Source of the DNA: Polyangiales bacterium | Lineage (GTDB): Bacteria; Myxococcota_A; Polyangia; Polyangiales; Polyangiaceae | DNA length: 64,000 nt | Direction of reading: 5' to 3' | Assembly: GCA_038230375.1 (NCBI GenBank) | Contig: JBBRNJ010000007.1 | Coordinates: forward strand, 32,001 to 96,000 | Shown: piece by piece, positions 19,136 through 29,129 of the stretch | Position numbering within the stretch: position 1 is the stretch's first letter | Layout of the letters: every line of letters begins with the position of its first letter | Made by a program: the position numbers and the translations under genes | Notes under the pieces: generated by a model | What the model was told of the DNA's origin: nothing | The model's input: only the letters and a program-made list of their open reading frames with translations | The model's database searches: none

Positions 19136-20353
19136 TCAGGGCGCGGGCGGCGCAGTGGCGACGACGAGGTACGGGATGACGGTGGCGTCGGCCGAGTGCG
19201 AGTTGCCGATCGCGATGTAGTGGCATCCGCCGTACGCAACGGCGAGCGGGAACACCCCGCGATCTGCCTTTACCGCCAGGCCGGTCTTCTCGTCCCCGAA
19301 CTCGGACCAGACCGCGCCGTCGAGCGACATGCCGAACTGGCTCGTCCCCTTCTGGTAATCGATCGATTGCGCGATGAATCGGCCGCCGCCGAAGGTGGAC
19401 CTGGCGCCCGTTGTCGCGCCGATGCTCGTGCCGGACAGTGGCTCGTTCGTCCACGTCGTGCCGTCGGTGCTCTTCTTGCCCGGCATGCCCGCGGTGGGGC
19501 TTCGAGCATGGAACGCGCCGCGGCCGAATGAGAGGTTCGTGGGGATGGGGGTGGAGATCGTCGTCCAGGTGGCGCCGTCGGTGCTGGTGAACGGCCCGAG
19601 CGCCACGTTGGTCGTGGTGACAAAGCGACCACCGCCGAAGACGAGGTCGAGATAGGCGAAGCCGTTGCTCCCAGCAGGCAAACGCGGCGTCCACGTGACA
19701 AGGTCGGGCGACGAGAACATCGTACCGTTCGCGCCAACGAAGACAGCGACGTTGCCGCTCGAAGCGAGTTGCTGGACGTTCTCGCCGGCACCGGAGATCT
19801 TGTTCGAGGTCCACGTCAGGGCGTCGGTGCTGGAATACGCGAACGTCCCGACCTGGTCGTGGATCCCGATGAAGACGAAGCGCTTGCCGTCATAGATCAT
19901 CTGGACCGTGTTGAGGAGCTTGATCCCAGGCAGCGCCTGCGTGTGCGGCGTCCAGGTGGTGCCGTCCGTGCTCGTAGCCCACGTGAGGCTGTCGCGTCGG
20001 GAGGTTTGCGCCATGAGCACCCACATGGCGTTGCCGTACGCGATCCCGGACACGCCCAGGATCTTCGGTCCAAGGGCGTCCATCTCCGGATTGCCCGTCC
20101 AGTCGGCGACCGCAGGGCTCTTGAACGTCCACGTCGGGACGCCAGTGAGCGGATCGCAGGTCGGCTCCACACCCGGTGCACCGCCCTCGCCGGTGGGCGT
20201 GCCGCCGCCATCCCCTCCACCGCCTCCACCGCCTCCACCGCCTCCGCCGCCTCCGCCGCCGACACTGGATCCACCAGACGACCCACCGCATGCGAAGATC
20301 GCGGCTGCAACGGCCAGCGAGAGCCCGAGAATTCCAGCCGATTTAAAGCTCAT
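19136..20353 (-). CDS. Lipoprotein with poly-Gly linker and SxDGxTW (BNR/Asp-box-like) propeller repeats
   Basis: Lipobox IFAC-GG; repeats STDGTTW, STDALTW, SPDLVTW, STDGATW, SLDGAVW. Confidence 0.8.
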   Translation of the reverse strand: MSFKSAGILGLSLAVAAAIFACGGSSGGSSVGGGGGGGGGGGGGGGGDGGGTPTGEGGAPGVEPTCDPLTGVPTWTFKSPAVADWTGNPEMDALGPKILGVSGIAYGNAMWVLMAQTSRRDSLTWATSTDGTTWTPHTQALPGIKLLNTVQMIYDGKRFVFIGIHDQVGTFAYSSTDALTWTSNKISGAGENVQQLASSGNVAVFVGANGTMFSSPDLVTWTPRLPAGSNGFAYLDLVFGGGRFVTTTNVALGPFTSTDGATWTTISTPIPTNLSFGRGAFHARSPTAGMPGKKSTDGTTWTNEPLSGTSIGATTGARSTFGGGRFIAQSIDYQKGTSQFGMSLDGAVWSEFGDEKTGLAVKADRGVFPLAVAYGGCHYIAIGNSHSADATVIPYLVVATAPPAP

Positions 20354-20424
20354 CCGCAGCCATGCCACGGATCGGATCGCGCGTCAATTCGGGCGCGTGC
20401 ATCGTCGCTGCAGGACGCATCTGG

Positions 20425-20856
20425 CTACCGCTTCTTCGTCGCGGCCTTCTTCGTCGCGCGAGCCGGTGGCTTCTTCGCCGATGGAGTCGCCTCCAGGCTC
20501 GCCACGAGCTTCTTCGGTGCCTGCGCACGGTAGCTCTCCTCGATCCACGCCTTCAGCATGTCCACGGGGATCTCGTCGCCCGGCGCGAACTGCGCGGAGA
20601 CCCAGCCGCTCTTCCCGAGCCCATAGGCGGTCGGCGTGCAGAACGGAAGCATGAGTGCCGCGCTGCATGAAGCAGGCAGCTTGCAGCTGATGCTGAACGG
20701 GTCACCCTCGATGCTGAGGTAGGCGAACGTCTTGTCCTTCACCGCAAGATCCATGTGGCCCGGCCACGGGCTCTTCAGGTGCGCGCCGGGATAGTGGAGC
20801 CCCATGCTGCGCAGCTCCTTCAGGATCGCGTCTGTGGATTGCTTCTTCTTCGCCAT
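20425..20856 (-). CDS. MmcQ/YjbR family protein
   Basis: SPWPGH, VKDKTFAYL, YGLGKSGWVS, WIEESYRAQAPKKL; basic tail. Confidence 0.85.
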   Translation of the reverse strand: MAKKKQSTDAILKELRSMGLHYPGAHLKSPWPGHMDLAVKDKTFAYLSIEGDPFSISCKLPASCSAALMLPFCTPTAYGLGKSGWVSAQFAPGDEIPVDMLKAWIEESYRAQAPKKLVASLEATPSAKKPPARATKKAATKKR

Positions 20857-20858
20857 CG

Positions 20859-21572
20859 CTACCTCCTCACGAAACGCCCTTGCCGCCAGACGAACGTACC
20901 TCGGTTCGCGCACGCGCGCTTGATCAGGGTCTCGTCGAACCTGTCCCAGACGGAGAGTGGATCGCTCGAAGGAGGGTGCGGTCGCGTCGCGCTGCAGCTC
21001 ACACCGCCTTGCCTGTCGCGAAGCACCGCGGACATCCCCGTCGCGTCGAGCTCGAGCTCGAGATCGAGTATGTTGGGCCAGCTGGCGTCTTCCTTGTCGA
21101 GCTGCGCGACAATGTAGACCACGTCGAGCACGGCGACCGGGCGCTTCTGGCGAACGACCCACACCTTCCTGTGACCCAGGATCCGGTAGACCATGCTGGG
21201 CCCCCGACCCTGCTCCACGCCCTCGGTCGCTTCGCAGACCAGCGCGTTCTCTCTGGGCTCACCGACCTCGCGCTGCGCGCAGCCGCCGACGCTGTAGAAC
21301 GGCTCGAGCTGCGCATCGCTCACGCCGCGAGCCTTCATCCAAAGGGGGGCCTCGACCAGGCTCTCCGCAGGCGGCTTCTCGTCGAGAAATGGAAGGGCGA
21401 GCTGCGGCCCCGCATCTGGTGTGACGATCACGCCTGCATCGAGCGGCGCGCGTACAGCTCCGTCCACGGTGGCGGGAGCCTCCGCATTCGCGGGAACGGA
21501 CTGGACCACGGGGGCCGTGCTCGATCCCGGCGGCGTCGCCGTGCGGCAACCAGCGAGGCAGAGGACGAGCAA
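20859..21572 (-). CDS. Hypothetical lipoprotein; start uncertain
   Basis: LAGC lipobox-like motif close to the first TTG; co-oriented and tightly packed with its neighbours. Confidence 0.55.
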   Translation of the reverse strand: MLVLCLAGCRTATPPGSSTAPVVQSVPANAEAPATVDGAVRAPLDAGVIVTPDAGPQLALPFLDEKPPAESLVEAPLWMKARGVSDAQLEPFYSVGGCAQREVGEPRENALVCEATEGVEQGRGPSMVYRILGHRKVWVVRQKRPVAVLDVVYIVAQLDKEDASWPNILDLELELDATGMSAVLRDRQGGVSCSATRPHPPSSDPLSVWDRFDETLIKRACANRGTFVWRQGRFVRR

Positions 21573-21582
21573 GAGGACGCGG

Positions 21583-22533
21583 TCAGGGGTCTGCCTGATC
21601 TCCCACCTCCGGTACTCGCTGCGAGAACGGAATGTCTGGCTCCACGAAGCACCACTTCACCTCGGGGCAATTCTTCCGCAGCTTGGCCTCGAAGCGATTG
21701 ATCGTGAGGCACACGTCCTCGATCACCATCGAGTCCGAGAACGACACCTTCACGGACACCATCACCTCGCCCGGGCCCTGCTGCACAGTCACCAGGTTGA
21801 GGACGCGCTCCAGCTCCGGCATCTCTTCCGCGATCCTCCGCACCTCGGCGTCGATCTCCGGATCTGCCGACTCTCCGATGAGCAGGCTGGAGACCTCCTT
21901 CGCGAGGAAGATCGCCACGCCCACGAGCACCAGCCCGATGAGCACGCTGCCGATACCGTCCCACCGGCCGTCGCCCGTCTGCCACGAGAGCACCAGCGCC
22001 ATGATCGCGAAGAAGAGCCCGAGCACCGCCGCGGAGTTCTCTCCGAACACCACGATGAGGTCCGAGTCCTTCGTCTCCTTCATGTAGCGAAAGAAGGGCA
22101 CCTTCCCGCGGCGCTTGTTCATCTCCTTGATGTTGGAGAGACACGCGCTGCCCTCGAGCACCATGGAGATGCCAAGGATGATGAGCCCGAGCCACACGCG
22201 CTCCACGTGCTCGGGCTCGCGGATCTTGTGGATGCCCTCGTAGACGGAGAACACGCCGCCGCCCAGGAACAGCATGAGCGCGACCAGGAACGACCAGAAG
22301 TAAATCGCGCGGCCGTAGCCCAGCGGGTGCGACTTGTCCGGCGGCTTCCTGGCCTGGTGTACGCCGATGAGCAGCAGGATCTGGTTGCCGCAATCGGAGA
22401 ACGAATGCAGCGCCTCTGCCAGCATGGCGCCGGAGTGCGTGAAGAACGCGGCGATCGCCTTGGTCGCGGCAATGATGACGTTCACGGCGAGTGACTGCAG
22501 GATGTGTGCAGTCGAGTGTTCTTCTTTGCTCAT
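21583..22533 (-). CDS. Cation diffusion facilitator family transporter
   Basis: AMLAEALHSFSD, HPLGYGRAIYFWSF, six TM segments, C-terminal CFVEPD domain. Confidence 0.92.
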   Translation of the reverse strand: MSKEEHSTAHILQSLAVNVIIAATKAIAAFFTHSGAMLAEALHSFSDCGNQILLLIGVHQARKPPDKSHPLGYGRAIYFWSFLVALMLFLGGGVFSVYEGIHKIREPEHVERVWLGLIILGISMVLEGSACLSNIKEMNKRRGKVPFFRYMKETKDSDLIVVFGENSAAVLGLFFAIMALVLSWQTGDGRWDGIGSVLIGLVLVGVAIFLAKEVSSLLIGESADPEIDAEVRRIAEEMPELERVLNLVTVQQGPGEVMVSVKVSFSDSMVIEDVCLTINRFEAKLRKNCPEVKWCFVEPDIPFSQRVPEVGDQADP

Positions 22534-22551
22534 GTCCCTGTGGCTTGCGCC

Positions 22552-23868
22552 TCAGGGAAAGCCCGCGACGCTCACGGGAGAGTACTCGTGTTGCGTCGTG
22601 GAGTCTTCAGCGAGCTCACTGTAGAAGTTCGTACCCCAGCAGAGGACTACGCCGTTCGCATTCACTGCGCACGTATGCATGCCGAGCACCTGGCCCATGC
22701 TGACCGCGTTCGAGATGCCGACCACGCCCGACGGTGTGGGGTTCGGCATCCCGCTCGTGGCGGACTTCATGCCGATGCCGAGCTGCCCGTCGTCGTTCAA
22801 GCCCCAACACGACACCGAGCCGCTCTTGCGCACCGCGCACGTGTGGCTCGTGCCGGCGCCGATGCTGACTGCGTCCTGGATTGCAGTCACCACGGCTGGC
22901 GTGGGCGTGGCGGCGCTGGTGCTGGTGCCGTTGCCGAGCTGTCCGTAGTCATTGCCGCCCCAGCACATGATCTGCCCTGTGGACTTCACGGCGCAGCTGA
23001 AATTGAAGCCCGCGGTGATGTGCATGCCCTGACTCACGCCCACGTCCGTCGGCGTGTACGCATCCTTGGTGGTGCCATTGCCGAGCTGCCCGGACGTGTT
23101 CATGCCCCAGCAGCTCACCGTGCCGCCGCTGCGGAGGGCGCACGCGTGGTAGCTGCCCACCGCGACCTCGACTGCGTCGGAGAGACCACTCACATCCACG
23201 ATCGACGTGGTCGCGGAGTTGTTGCCGTTGCCGAGCTGCCCGTGACCGTTGTCGCCCCAGCACTTCACGGCGCCGCCCGCGATGACCGCGCACGTGAACA
23301 CGATGCCGCCGGCAACCTGCACCACGTTCGAGACGCCGCTGACGGCGATGGGTGTGGGACTCTGCGGGACCTTCTTCCCGTCGCCGAGCTGCCCCGAGTA
23401 GTTGTAGCCCCAGCACACCAGGCTGTGGTCGCTCTTGATCGCGCACGTGTGGTTCAGGCCGTTGCCGATGCCGATGATGCCGGTGCTCGCGCCCACCACG
23501 GAGTTTGGCGTGATGATGTCCGGGGGGTCACCGCCGTCCGGGAACGTGCCGATGCCGTTGCCGGACTGTCCGAGCACGTTGGAGCCCCAGCACTTCAGTA
23601 CGCCGCTCTTCGACTTCGCGCACGTGTGGTCGAATCCACCGATGACCTGCACCACGGGAGGCGCGGCGATCGGGCCGGCGTCGTCCATGCTGATCGGGCC
23701 GCTGTCGTCGCCGCCGCCCGGGTCGCCGGAGCCATCGAAGGTGCCGCCGTTGCCGCCGCCGTCGTTGTTGAACGAGCCCGGGTTGCCGGGCTGCACGTCC
23801 ACCACGCCCACGATCGCGTTGCACGCGAGCAGCATGAGCGGGAGCAGCGCTGCGATCGTTCGCTTCAT
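22552..23868 (-). CDS. RCC1-repeat lipoprotein (cassette 2)
   Basis: Lipobox LLAC-NAIVG; repeated HTCA...CWGxNxxGQLG blades. Confidence 0.9.
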   Translation of the reverse strand: MKRTIAALLPLMLLACNAIVGVVDVQPGNPGSFNNDGGGNGGTFDGSGDPGGGDDSGPISMDDAGPIAAPPVVQVIGGFDHTCAKSKSGVLKCWGSNVLGQSGNGIGTFPDGGDPPDIITPNSVVGASTGIIGIGNGLNHTCAIKSDHSLVCWGYNYSGQLGDGKKVPQSPTPIAVSGVSNVVQVAGGIVFTCAVIAGGAVKCWGDNGHGQLGNGNNSATTSIVDVSGLSDAVEVAVGSYHACALRSGGTVSCWGMNTSGQLGNGTTKDAYTPTDVGVSQGMHITAGFNFSCAVKSTGQIMCWGGNDYGQLGNGTSTSAATPTPAVVTAIQDAVSIGAGTSHTCAVRKSGSVSCWGLNDDGQLGIGMKSATSGMPNPTPSGVVGISNAVSMGQVLGMHTCAVNANGVVLCWGTNFYSELAEDSTTQHEYSPVSVAGFP

Positions 23869-24890
23869 AGCGCCCCCGACATGGTGAGGCCTGCGAACGT
23901 GGGGCCGACGGCCGGCGTGATCCGAGGTGACTTCAGCGTTCCCATCGGCGCGGGGGAGCTCTTGTCCGACGGTGACATGAAAAAGAGGACGAGCCCCAGA
24001 CCCACGAGCGCGCCACCCGCGAACATGGACGCAGTGGCAATGGTGCCATCCGTCTTGGCGTCGTTTGCGAGCTTCACGCCCGTGGAGTCGCAGATGACGC
24101 CGGTGCAGTGCTTCTTGGCGTCTCCCCACGCGGAGAACGTGGCGAGACCAAAGTACGAGCCCACGCCCACGCCGATCACGCCCGCACCTAGGACGACGTA
24201 GCTGGCAGTGCGCATGCCGCTCCCCTTGCTCTCGACGAGGGGGGTCGTGGTGTCGCTGCTCTGCGTCCCGCCGCCACCGTCGTTGGTAGCCTTCGTGCCG
24301 CCGGCTTCCTTCGCGCCGCCGCCCTGGTCTTCTTCGAGAGGTGGAATCGTCACGTTCTCGTTCTGCGCCTCCGTGATGTTCACGGTCTTCGACCACGTCT
24401 TCTTGCCCGGTGCGCGCGCGGTGATCGTGTGCGATCCGGGGTCGACCGGTACGGGCGAGCCGACCGCGCCTTCGTCCACGGGCACGTCGTCGCGCTTCAC
24501 CTCCAGGCTGGGATCCTTCCAGGTGATGGTGAGCTTCGGCAAACGCGGTTCGAGCTTCAGCGCGCGCTCTCTCGCGGTCTTCTCGCGGTCGGGGCGGTTC
24601 GTGCGCTGCGCGAAGCTCTGCGCCTCCTTGTAGCGTGCCCACGCGCTCGCGATCTGACCGGTCTTCTCGTAGCAGGCGCCCAGGTTGAGCAGCGTGCCCA
24701 CGCCTGGACCAGCCTTCTGGCTGGCGAGGAACTTGGGACACGCCTCCTTGTAGTTGCCGGCGTCAGAGAGCTTGCGCGCCTCCTGGAAGAGCGACTCGGC
24801 GGCCGCTGCATCTTCGTCGGCGAGCGCGATGCGCGGCGCGACTGCAGAGCAGAAGACAAGAGCAGCGAGCGCGACGGCGATGGGGCGCAT
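23865..24890 (-). CDS. TPR + PEGA-like envelope protein (cassette 2)
   Basis: Clear paralogue of 3112-4149: AAAESLFQEA...TLLNLGACYEK, PVPVDPGSHTITA, Gly-rich helices, C-terminus GLTMSGAL. Confidence 0.85.
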   Translation of the reverse strand: MRPIAVALAALVFCSAVAPRIALADEDAAAAESLFQEARKLSDAGNYKEACPKFLASQKAGPGVGTLLNLGACYEKTGQIASAWARYKEAQSFAQRTNRPDREKTARERALKLEPRLPKLTITWKDPSLEVKRDDVPVDEGAVGSPVPVDPGSHTITARAPGKKTWSKTVNITEAQNENVTIPPLEEDQGGGAKEAGGTKATNDGGGGTQSSDTTTPLVESKGSGMRTASYVVLGAGVIGVGVGSYFGLATFSAWGDAKKHCTGVICDSTGVKLANDAKTDGTIATASMFAGGALVGLGLVLFFMSPSDKSSPAPMGTLKSPRITPAVGPTFAGLTMSGAL

Positions 24891-26563
24891 CAGTCTCGCG
24901 AGTTGGGGATGCCACCCGGCGGATCGTCTTGTGGCTTCGGCTGTGCGGGCTTCGGCTGCGTGGGCTTCCTGACACCGCCCGTGTTGCTGCCTCCTCCATT
25001 CGAGAAGCCTCCACCGCCTCCGCTCTTCGGAGCAGGCGGCTTCGCGCTGGCCACGCCGGGTACGCTGGGCAGCACGTCTGGCGAGACCGTGGGAATGCCG
25101 TCCTGGGTGCCTCTGTTCGCGCCAGTGTTCATGCCGGTGTTCACGGGCGGAGCCATGTTGCCGGGCGCGATGCCCGCTCCGTTGTTGCCTCCGTTGGCAA
25201 CGGGACCGGGAAGAGGAGCCATGCCGCCGCTTGCGCCGTTCGGCAGCGGGATCACCTCTGCGTTGTTGGGCAGAGGCTGCGCGGCAGCGGAGGGCATCAC
25301 GGGCGCTTCTTCATGCTTGTATTTTGCATGTATCGCGATGCCCGCAAGACCGAGCGCGCACGTGAGCAGCGCGACGGTCGCCAGCACGGACCCCTTCGAC
25401 TGCGGCGGTCGCTTGCGCGCGTTGGTCGCGCCCCATGCGCCGCCGTCGGTCTCGTTGGAGCCGGGCGGTCCAGAGGGCATTCGTTGCGGGCCCGTCTGCG
25501 AGATGAGACCAGGCACCGACCCTGACATCGCGCCGGACATGCCCGACATGAACGGTCCGCTGCCAGATCCGCTACCAGGATGGAGCATGAACGGCCCGGA
25601 CGCGCCGGGGGAGCTAGAGGGGCGGAACGGTCCGGACATGGACGCTGACGGCGGCACTGCGAGCACCATCGCGGCTTTCTCCGCGACCTGGTGCGCCCAC
25701 CCGGGGTTCGACGAGAAGGGCACGAGGGCGTGCGCGAGCTCGGCGACGTTCTGCACGCGCGCCTCGCGCTGCTTCTCGAGGCAACGCATCACGAGCGCCT
25801 CGAACTCGAGCGGAAGGTGCGGCGCGACGCTGCGCAGCGGCGCGGGTGCTTCGTGCATGACCATGCTGAAGAGCCGGCCGAGTGTCTCTGAATCGAACGG
25901 CGCGCGGCCTGCCGTGAGGCGATACAGGATGACGCCGAGCGACCACACGTCCGAGCGCGCGTCGACGTCGCGCGGATCCCGCATCTGCTCGGGCGACATG
26001 AACCGCGGGCTTCCGAGCATGGTGGCGGTGGTCGTGACCTCCATGTCGGTGGCCGAGAACGGAGTGGCCTTGGAGATGCCAAAGTCCAGGACCTTGACGG
26101 TGGGAACGCCGCTGGCACCTGCGCTGACGAACAGGTTCGCGAGCTTCACGTCGCGATGGACGACGCCCATCGCGTGCGCCTCCGCGAGCGCGTCACACGC
26201 TTGCAACACGTAGTCACAAGCTTCAGCGAGGGGCAGCGCGCCACGCTCGCGCGCGACGGCAGCGAGGTCCTTGCCCTCCAGATACTCCATGACCATGTAG
26301 GGGTCGCCGTTGTCGAGCATGCCGACGTCGAGCACGCGCGCAACGTGTTCGCTGCGAAGACGAGAGGAGGCCTTCGCCTCGCGATAGAACCGCTTCTTCG
26401 CCTCGTCGCCCTCGAGGACACCGGCGCGCATGAACTTCAGCGCGACCATCTGATCCAATTGGAGATGAAGTGCAGCGACGACGTAGCCCATGCCGCCGGA
26501 CCCGATCGTCCGTTCGACGCGGTACTTCCCGTCCAGGACGGTTCCCGGCTTGATGTCGCTCAC
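24890..26563 (-). CDS. Ser/Thr protein kinase, single TM (cassette 2)
   Basis: GSGGMG, VALK, HRDVKLAN, DFG, FMSPE; TM then Pro/Gly tail ending GIPNSRD. Confidence 0.95.
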   Translation of the reverse strand: MSDIKPGTVLDGKYRVERTIGSGGMGYVVAALHLQLDQMVALKFMRAGVLEGDEAKKRFYREAKASSRLRSEHVARVLDVGMLDNGDPYMVMEYLEGKDLAAVARERGALPLAEACDYVLQACDALAEAHAMGVVHRDVKLANLFVSAGASGVPTVKVLDFGISKATPFSATDMEVTTTATMLGSPRFMSPEQMRDPRDVDARSDVWSLGVILYRLTAGRAPFDSETLGRLFSMVMHEAPAPLRSVAPHLPLEFEALVMRCLEKQREARVQNVAELAHALVPFSSNPGWAHQVAEKAAMVLAVPPSASMSGPFRPSSSPGASGPFMLHPGSGSGSGPFMSGMSGAMSGSVPGLISQTGPQRMPSGPPGSNETDGGAWGATNARKRPPQSKGSVLATVALLTCALGLAGIAIHAKYKHEEAPVMPSAAAQPLPNNAEVIPLPNGASGGMAPLPGPVANGGNNGAGIAPGNMAPPVNTGMNTGANRGTQDGIPTVSPDVLPSVPGVASAKPPAPKSGGGGGFSNGGGSNTGGVRKPTQPKPAQPKPQDDPPGGIPNSRD

Positions 26564-26799
26564 GTCATTAGTGTACGAGCCGGCTGCCCCGCGGGCAAAG
26601 AGCGAAACCGAGTTTTTTGGTGGATGGACAAGAGGTTATCCATCATTTGTCCTCCTCCTGGCCGCCCTGGTGTCTCCGCCGTGCAACGCGTGAAGGGGAC
26701 GCTCCCCCATGCCCAGGTCAGGCTAAGCTACGGCATCCTCCCAACTTTCCATACCCATGCGCCGCGTCGAAAGTAGCTGTAGCGTCCATCGAGGCTTCC

Positions 26800-27588
26800 G
26801 TGTGTGAGCTCCTCGGGATGGAGTGCAACGTCCCCACGGACATCGTGTTCTCGTTCTCCGGCCTCGCGCTGCGCGGCGGAAGGAAGGGGCCGCACGGCGA
26901 CGGTTGGGGTCTCGCGCTCTACGACGGCAAGGCAGTGCGCACGTTTCTCGAGCCCACCGCCGCGGCGAACTCGACGCTCGCGCGCTTCGTGAAGGAGAAC
27001 CCGATCAAGACGCTGCTCGCCGTCGCGCACGTGCGCAAGAAGACGCGCGGGTCAGCGACGCTCGCGAACACGCATCCATTCGTGCGCGAGCTGTGGGGTC
27101 GCGCGTTCACGTTCGCGCACAATGGTACCGTGCGACGCGTACGTCGGTTTCCGCTCGGACGCTTCCGCCCCATCGGTGACACCGACAGCGAGTACGCATT
27201 CTGCGCGCTGCTCGACCATCTCGCCCGCGCGTTCAACGAGTATCCGCGAACGCCACGGGAGCTCACCCGTTTCTACAAGGCCGTCGCCAGCGCTGGCCGC
27301 GCCATCGGAGAGTCGGGGACGTTCAACTTCCTGCTCGGCGACGGCACACATCTCTTCGCGCGGTGCGCGACGAAGCTTCACTACATCGTCAGAAAGGCTC
27401 CATTCCGCGTTGCCACGCTCGCCGACGACGACGTCCAGATCAATTTCTCCGACGTGACGACGCCAAGGGACCGCGTGGTCGTCGTTGCGACCATGCCACT
27501 CACGCGGGATGAAGTCTGGACGCAAGGTGAACCTGGAACGCTGTGGGTGTTCGACCGAGGTCGCCTCCGCGCCACGCTTCCCGCGTGA
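26800..27588 (+). CDS. Class II glutamine amidotransferase, YafJ-like
   Basis: GTG start gives N-terminal CELLGM nucleophile; HGDGWG, AHVRK, NTHPF, FAHNG, GDTDSE. Confidence 0.92.
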   Translation: MCELLGMECNVPTDIVFSFSGLALRGGRKGPHGDGWGLALYDGKAVRTFLEPTAAANSTLARFVKENPIKTLLAVAHVRKKTRGSATLANTHPFVRELWGRAFTFAHNGTVRRVRRFPLGRFRPIGDTDSEYAFCALLDHLARAFNEYPRTPRELTRFYKAVASAGRAIGESGTFNFLLGDGTHLFARCATKLHYIVRKAPFRVATLADDDVQINFSDVTTPRDRVVVVATMPLTRDEVWTQGEPGTLWVFDRGRLRATLPA

Positions 27589-27684
27589 TCGCAGCCGGGC
27601 TCGTGACCAGAATGGTCCCGTGACACAGACGATTGTCGAGACTTCGTGATACCCGGCGGTCGCGTCTGATTTAGGATGGGGATC

Positions 27685-28512
27685 GTGAGTAGATCCACAG
27701 CGAGCCGGCGTGGGGAACTGGGGCCCGGCAAGACGCCGTCGTCCAGCAAGGCCGACGCGGAGTTGACCGGTATCCGGAAGGTGCTCGCCGACAAGGCGAT
27801 CCACGTGGTTTACCAGCCGCTCGTCGACCTTCGAACGAAGAAGATCTTCGCGTACGAGGCGCTCGTGCGCTCCAAGGTCCCGGAGTACAAGAGCCCGCCG
27901 GAGCTGTTTCACGCGGCGGTGGAGGAGCAGCTCACGGGCGAGCTCGGTAGGCTCATACGGGAGATGGCGATCGAGGGTTGTGGCTCGCATCCACTCTTCT
28001 TGAACATCCACCCGGCGGAGCTGAATCAGCGCTTCGTCGTCCAGCCCGACGATCCGATCTTCTCGCACTCGGAGGACGTCTACCTGGAGATCACGGAGGG
28101 CGTTCCGCTCAGTCATTTCCGGCTGTGCCAGAGCATCCTGCGCGAGGTGCGCGGTCGCGGGGTCTATCTCGTCGTCGACGACCTCGGCGCAGGCTACTCC
28201 AACCTGAAGTACATCGCCGACCTGCACCCGCGCATCGTGAAGCTCGACCGCGATCTCATCGCGGGGCTCGTGAAGGACACGCGGCTCTACAAGCTTGTCT
28301 GCGGCATCGTTGTATTATGCACGGATCTCGGCGCGCTGGTCGTTGCGGAAGGCATCGAGACCGCCGAGGAGCTCGACGCAGTGTGCTCGTCGGGCGCGCA
28401 CTACGGACAGGGCTACTTGCTCGCGCGGCCCGCGTTCCCGCCGCCGCCCATCACGTGGCCCATGAAGAAGGCTGTCACGGGGCAGCTTCCGCGCTCGAAG
28501 CGGTCCACCTGA
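27685..28512 (+). CDS. Stand-alone EAL domain c-di-GMP phosphodiesterase
   Basis: YQP, YEAL, LEITE, DDLGAGYS, VKLDR, AEGIET and QGY are all intact; alternative start ATG 27676. Confidence 0.9.
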   Translation: MSRSTASRRGELGPGKTPSSSKADAELTGIRKVLADKAIHVVYQPLVDLRTKKIFAYEALVRSKVPEYKSPPELFHAAVEEQLTGELGRLIREMAIEGCGSHPLFLNIHPAELNQRFVVQPDDPIFSHSEDVYLEITEGVPLSHFRLCQSILREVRGRGVYLVVDDLGAGYSNLKYIADLHPRIVKLDRDLIAGLVKDTRLYKLVCGIVVLCTDLGALVVAEGIETAEELDAVCSSGAHYGQGYLLARPAFPPPPITWPMKKAVTGQLPRSKRST

Positions 28513-28995
28513 CTAGCGCGCACGGAGCGTGAGCGAGATCGTCGTTGTCACTTCGCCGCCCTGGAACGCGTACACGTGCGCGGACGACAGCGCCTGACCG
28601 ACGCAGCGCGAGAGCGGCTCGGGGAGATCACGCGGCTCGTCCACCACGACCTGCGCGACCGGGCCCTCCGGCACGAACGTCACGCGCGCGTGGACCTTGG
28701 TGTCCGCAGCCGGGATGCAGGGGCTGACGTCGGCGTTGCGGGGCTCCGCACGTGCCTCGGTCTCGTCGAACGGCGGGAGCGGCGGCGGCTCGGGGTCCGG
28801 GTCCTGCGGCGGATCCGGAGCGGTGTAGCTGGAGCCGCTCGAAGACTCGCGCGAGGCGTTGGCGACGGCCTCTGCCGTGATGGCGGCCGCGATGAGCGCG
28901 CCCTCCGCGAGCGCCTTGCCCCCACCGGCATGCTTGCAACCACACAGGACGGCGAGGAAGACGAACGCAAGGATCGTGAACGTTCGCGTGACCAT
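28513..28995 (-). CDS. Small lipoprotein with AgmX/TonB-C-like C-terminal domain
   Basis: LCGC lipobox-like motif, Pro-rich linker, PPFDETEA...C...VTFVPEG...CV domain. Confidence 0.55.
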   Translation of the reverse strand: MVTRTFTILAFVFLAVLCGCKHAGGGKALAEGALIAAAITAEAVANASRESSSGSSYTAPDPPQDPDPEPPPLPPFDETEARAEPRNADVSPCIPAADTKVHARVTFVPEGPVAQVVVDEPRDLPEPLSRCVGQALSSAHVYAFQGGEVTTTISLTLRAR

Positions 28996-29129
28996 GGCCT
29001 CTCTTCATTCAAGCACCGTGCCGCTCCTGCGCACGCGGAATCGCCGTAAATCTCCGGCGATCGTTTCCGTTCACACTCCCCAGTTCACGTCGACCGCGTT
29101 CACGGGAACTGCGGTTCACAGCCCTTTTG

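Noticed and set aside
22552..24741. 729-aa ORF as one protein; likewise the extended ORFs 36830-38590, 8057-10039, 20425-21162, 59050-60273 and 32741-33712
   Set aside because: The N-terminal parts overlap other genes; better starts with signal peptides, coupling or family N-termini lie downstream.
26140..26163. Kinase catalytic loop HRDVKLAN (and HRDVNPSN at ~13759) as pseudokinase signs
   Set aside because: Catalytic Asp, Asn, DFG and the beta-3 Lys are retained; these look like ordinary variants.
26620..26655. Overlapping short inverted repeats (GATGGA/TCCATC, GGACAA/TTGTCC) as a riboswitch or operator
   Set aside because: Only 6-bp arms and no recognisable family; not distinguishable from chance.
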